A stretch of 10,113 nucleotides of DNA, taken from assembly GCA_964013405.1 (NCBI GenBank), contig CAXGWI010000133.1, forward strand, positions 1 to 10,113, given 5' to 3'. The DNA is from an uncultured Myxococcales bacterium. GTDB lineage: Bacteria; Myxococcota; UBA4151. This document shows, piece after piece, positions 7,565 to 10,113 of the stretch. Under the pieces are notes generated by a model. The model made no database searches. It had not been told where the DNA came from and saw only the letters and a program-made list of their open reading frames with translations. Position numbers and translations under genes: made by a program. Each line of letters begins with the position of its first letter. Within the stretch, counting starts at the first letter, position 1.

Positions 7565-9694
7565 CTACCGAAGGCGACGAGTGGGTGCAATGCTGCAGGC
7601 GGTCGCCTCGGGCAGGCGATGTTGGAGCAAGCCGATCCGCTGTGGGAGTAAATCGAGGTCTGGTGGACTGATTTTGGCTAAGGCCCGCCAGCGGGCAAGA
7701 GCCCGGCAGGATGCTTTTTGCCGCTCGGCCAGGTGGGCACTGAAGCGCAGTCGCTCCAGGGCCAGGGTGGGCGGTAGCGGATGGGCCCGGCGGCTCCAGC
7801 GTTCCGCTGCGTCTGCCTCCCCCTGGATCGAGTGCCAGCGGGCGAGAAGGTAGGCCATCGCTGGCCGACTGGAGGCGGGGGCCTCGCCGTAGGCCCGCAT
7901 CATCGCCTCGGCCATCGGTCGTTGCTTCTTACGGTCCGTCTCGGTCAGGTAATTCACCACGAGGCCCAGATTCGCCAGGTCGTGGCGCAGCAACCAGCGC
8001 ACGAGAAGCCCGCGGTAGCGATGGGGAGGCGGTGCCGTCGCCAGCGCCCGGGCGAGATGTTGCTCCGTCGCCTTGCGGTCCTTTTTAAGGGCTGCCTGGT
8101 CAGCACGGCGCATAAAGAGTCGCCCCAAATCCCGTTGAGAAGCACCGCGAGCCAGCATTTCATTTTCGATACGACGCTGAGCTTCATGGTCACCGAGCCG
8201 GTGATAGCGATCAGCCAAACTGGCGAGGGGGCGACAATTTCCCGAGAGGGACATGACTAAGCGGTAGCGTTGCTCCCGCTCTTGGGCGCTGATGGGGTCT
8301 TTCGTTTGTGCGTGCCGCCAGGCCGCTTGCACTTCATTTGGGCAGGCTCGATCGAGGACTGAATGACCGGAGTAGCCCCGGATCAAGGCTCGACGGGCAC
8401 CGAGCTCCTTGGGGCGATCCCGTAGCGCCGCGTGCCAGCGCTGCTCCCAGGCTTTGAGGTCGAGATCTGTCGTCTTCAAGCCCCCCTGGCGATAGGCATC
8501 GATGATCGGCTGCCACCCCTTCTCCTGGGCGATGAACTGTAGGAAGGCACCGGCAGCCCGATAGCTGCGGCGGCCGTGTCCGAGGCTAAAACGAACAGAA
8601 AAGAGTGTGTCGATACTGGGCAGGCTTCCGGCTTGGAGCATCCCCGCAGCCGCGCCCTGGAGGCTGATCTCTGTGTCATGGGGACCCAGGGCCACGGCGA
8701 GCCCTTCGATCAGCCCGGTATCCGGTAGTGGAGAGAGCGGCACACCGAAGGGCCCTCCAGCCAAGGCTGCGCCGAGGACATGCACCATCTCATGGCGAAG
8801 ATGGGGGTCGGGTCGCTTGCTACCATGCATGTGAATTTCCGATTGCCAGGGGCGGGCGATAATCACGCCATGGGCCCCGATCAGGCGCCCCTTCATCCCC
8901 CGGTCGGGGTAGAGCCAGACCGTGACGGGCGGTGGGGGATGCGCACCCAAGAGACGCTTTACGAGGTCATCCCGCTCGAAGAGACTTTGCTCCAGCACGG
9001 CCTGAGCCTCTCTTCGGTGTTTTTTACCTGGGTGGTGGTGGACGACCACACCCCGCTCCTCGATGCGTTCGCTCAACACTTCAGCAAGAGCTTCCCGGTC
9101 GCCAAGATACCAGCCGGGTAGGGTGGCGATGACCAGGATCAGGACCGCTGCCGCACTCAAGGGACTCGAGTTTTTGCGGGCCCAAAGCATAGCGCCTGCG
9201 AGCAGCAGGAGACCCACTCGGAAGGCCACCAAGCTCCCTTTAACCACGACCCACTCGTCGTAGATCGGACCATGCCAACTGCCGAAGAAAGCCTCGTAGC
9301 TGAACAATTGGGGTTGGCTATAGAGGCGCCAGCCCGCTGCCGCCAGACTGAGAAGAACGGTGCCTCCTGCCAGCAGCGCGCCCCGGCGGCCACCGAGCCA
9401 GGCTCGGGCCATGGAGCCAAATGCGTAGCCCAAACAGAAGCCGACGCCCGGCCCTAACAGCAACCAGATCAAGCCCTGGACGACATCACAGCCGTTGATG
9501 GGCTCGAGAATGAGCGTGAAGACCGCGACGGGGATCAGCAGATCAAGGGCACCTTTGCCTCGCAGCCCCCGGATCATCGCCAGCAAGGTGATGGGGAGGG
9601 TGAGGGCCACCGCAAGGGGGTAGCCGAGGTGGGCCATGGGCGCGACCGAGCTGAGTGCGGCGAGGTAAAGGCTGAGCAGGCAAAACGAAATCAA
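7565..9694 (-). CDS. Polytopic membrane protein with a gluzincin/peptidase MA-like domain and a helical C-terminus
   Basis: About 6-7 hydrophobic segments in aa 1-197. LRHEMVH (H301, E302, H305; nt 8794-8780), downstream IEGLA (E330) and SYRAAGAFLQFI are typical of peptidase MA-like zinc proteins. The C-terminus is Arg/Ala-rich and TPR-like. TTG 9694 is the most upstream possible start (in-frame TGA at 9700-9698); an alternative ATG is at 9637. Confidence 0.82.
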   Translation of the reverse strand: MISFCLLSLYLAALSSVAPMAHLGYPLAVALTLPITLLAMIRGLRGKGALDLLIPVAVFTLILEPINGCDVVQGLIWLLLGPGVGFCLGYAFGSMARAWLGGRRGALLAGGTVLLSLAAAGWRLYSQPQLFSYEAFFGSWHGPIYDEWVVVKGSLVAFRVGLLLLAGAMLWARKNSSPLSAAAVLILVIATLPGWYLGDREALAEVLSERIEERGVVVHHHPGKKHRREAQAVLEQSLFERDDLVKRLLGAHPPPPVTVWLYPDRGMKGRLIGAHGVIIARPWQSEIHMHGSKRPDPHLRHEMVHVLGAALAGGPFGVPLSPLPDTGLIEGLAVALGPHDTEISLQGAAAGMLQAGSLPSIDTLFSVRFSLGHGRRSYRAAGAFLQFIAQEKGWQPIIDAYRQGGLKTTDLDLKAWEQRWHAALRDRPKELGARRALIRGYSGHSVLDRACPNEVQAAWRHAQTKDPISAQEREQRYRLVMSLSGNCRPLASLADRYHRLGDHEAQRRIENEMLARGASQRDLGRLFMRRADQAALKKDRKATEQHLARALATAPPPHRYRGLLVRWLLRHDLANLGLVVNYLTETDRKKQRPMAEAMMRAYGEAPASSRPAMAYLLARWHSIQGEADAAERWSRRAHPLPPTLALERLRFSAHLAERQKASCRALARWRALAKISPPDLDLLPQRIGLLQHRLPEATACSIAPTRRLR

Positions 9695-9754
9695 GGCTCA
9701 AGAACCCTTCCTGGGGTGCAATACTTGACGTCGGCGGGCGGGTGGCAGACTCTC

Positions 9755-10113
9755 ATGCTGAGGTCTATTCGCAAGTTGAAGCTCGAATTTCCATCTCTGA
9801 ACGGTTTGCTCCACTGCATTCTGACGTACCTGCGGGGTGAAATCGCTGTCGTTCCCGGTGCAGCCTCCATTCCCGAGGGCACCAGTATTGAACTCAACTT
9901 GACCTACCCGGACGCCGATGAGCCTGTTGTGGTTCGTGGGGTCTCTCAAGGACTGGATCCAGCGGGCCGCGGTCTCCGCCTCAAACTGGATAACCCCCAA
10001 GAGGTGGATCAGGTGACCATGCTGCTCGGTCACCTCCATTTGGGACCTTACGCAGCCCGCAAACTCATGGCCTTCGTACGTTTGCAGCAGGAAAGTAAAC
10101 CTCGACTCCTGGG
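9755..10113 (+). CDS. Hypothetical protein, 3'-truncated, with a degenerate PilZ-like N-terminal domain
   Basis: Manually translated open frame to the window end: MLRSIRKLKLEFPSLNGLLHCILTYLRGEIAVVPGAASIPEGTSIELNLTYPDADEPVVVRGVSQGLDPAGRGLRLKLDNPQEVDQVTMLLGHLHLGPYAARKLMAFVRLQQESKPRLL... The pattern PEGTxIxLxLxxP...VxG...GxGxxL resembles PilZ barrels. An alternative in-frame GTG lies at 9716. The ORF is absent from the track because it has no stop in the window. Confidence 0.65.
   Translation, partial: MLRSIRKLKLEFPSLNGLLHCILTYLRGEIAVVPGAASIPEGTSIELNLTYPDADEPVVVRGVSQGLDPAGRGLRLKLDNPQEVDQVTMLLGHLHLGPYAARKLMAFVRLQQESKPRLL

Noticed and set aside
9725..9751. Sigma70-like promoter TTGACG...CAGACT
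   Set aside because: The spacer is only 15 nt, the -10 is poor, and it lies too close to ATG 9755 to be supported.
9698..10039. 113-aa minus-strand ORF in frame with the peptidase gene across a single TGA (possible readthrough or selenocysteine), and the 9691..9897 ORF
   Set aside because: Both lie antisense to the more protein-like + strand ORF at 9755. I recognise no SECIS-like element, and the peptidase N-terminus looks complete.
1..10113. CRISPR array, tRNA/rRNA, IS, integrase or prophage features
   Set aside because: No spaced direct repeats, RNA gene signatures or transposase/integrase motifs were seen, and the window is almost fully protein coding.

Overview
GC-rich bacterial chromosomal segment; the gene content suggests Myxococcota/deltaproteobacterial origin (inference). 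On the + strand is a 5'-truncated LysM protein resembling TsaP, the type IV pilus secretin-associated protein (<3-1310), whose LysM domain lies between two long Asp/Glu tracts. Converging on it is a tightly packed minus-strand run: polytopic membrane HExxH metallopeptidase-like protein (9694-7565), SCP2-like protein (7544-7077), NTF2/SnoaL-like lipoprotein (7072-6605), proS (6602-4884), a small single-TM protein with a probable beta-barrel (4881-4438) and, after 85 bp, a 1003-aa class III adenylate cyclase-STAND NTPase-TPR protein (4352-1341). A divergent, 3'-truncated ORF missing from the supplied track (9755->10113) looks PilZ-like. I found no RNA genes, CRISPR arrays or mobile elements. The region looks like core genome rather than an island. 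The best candidate for an undescribed system is the NLR-like cyclase with degenerate ATPase motifs next to a membrane-anchored beta-barrel protein, but that pairing is only a hypothesis.
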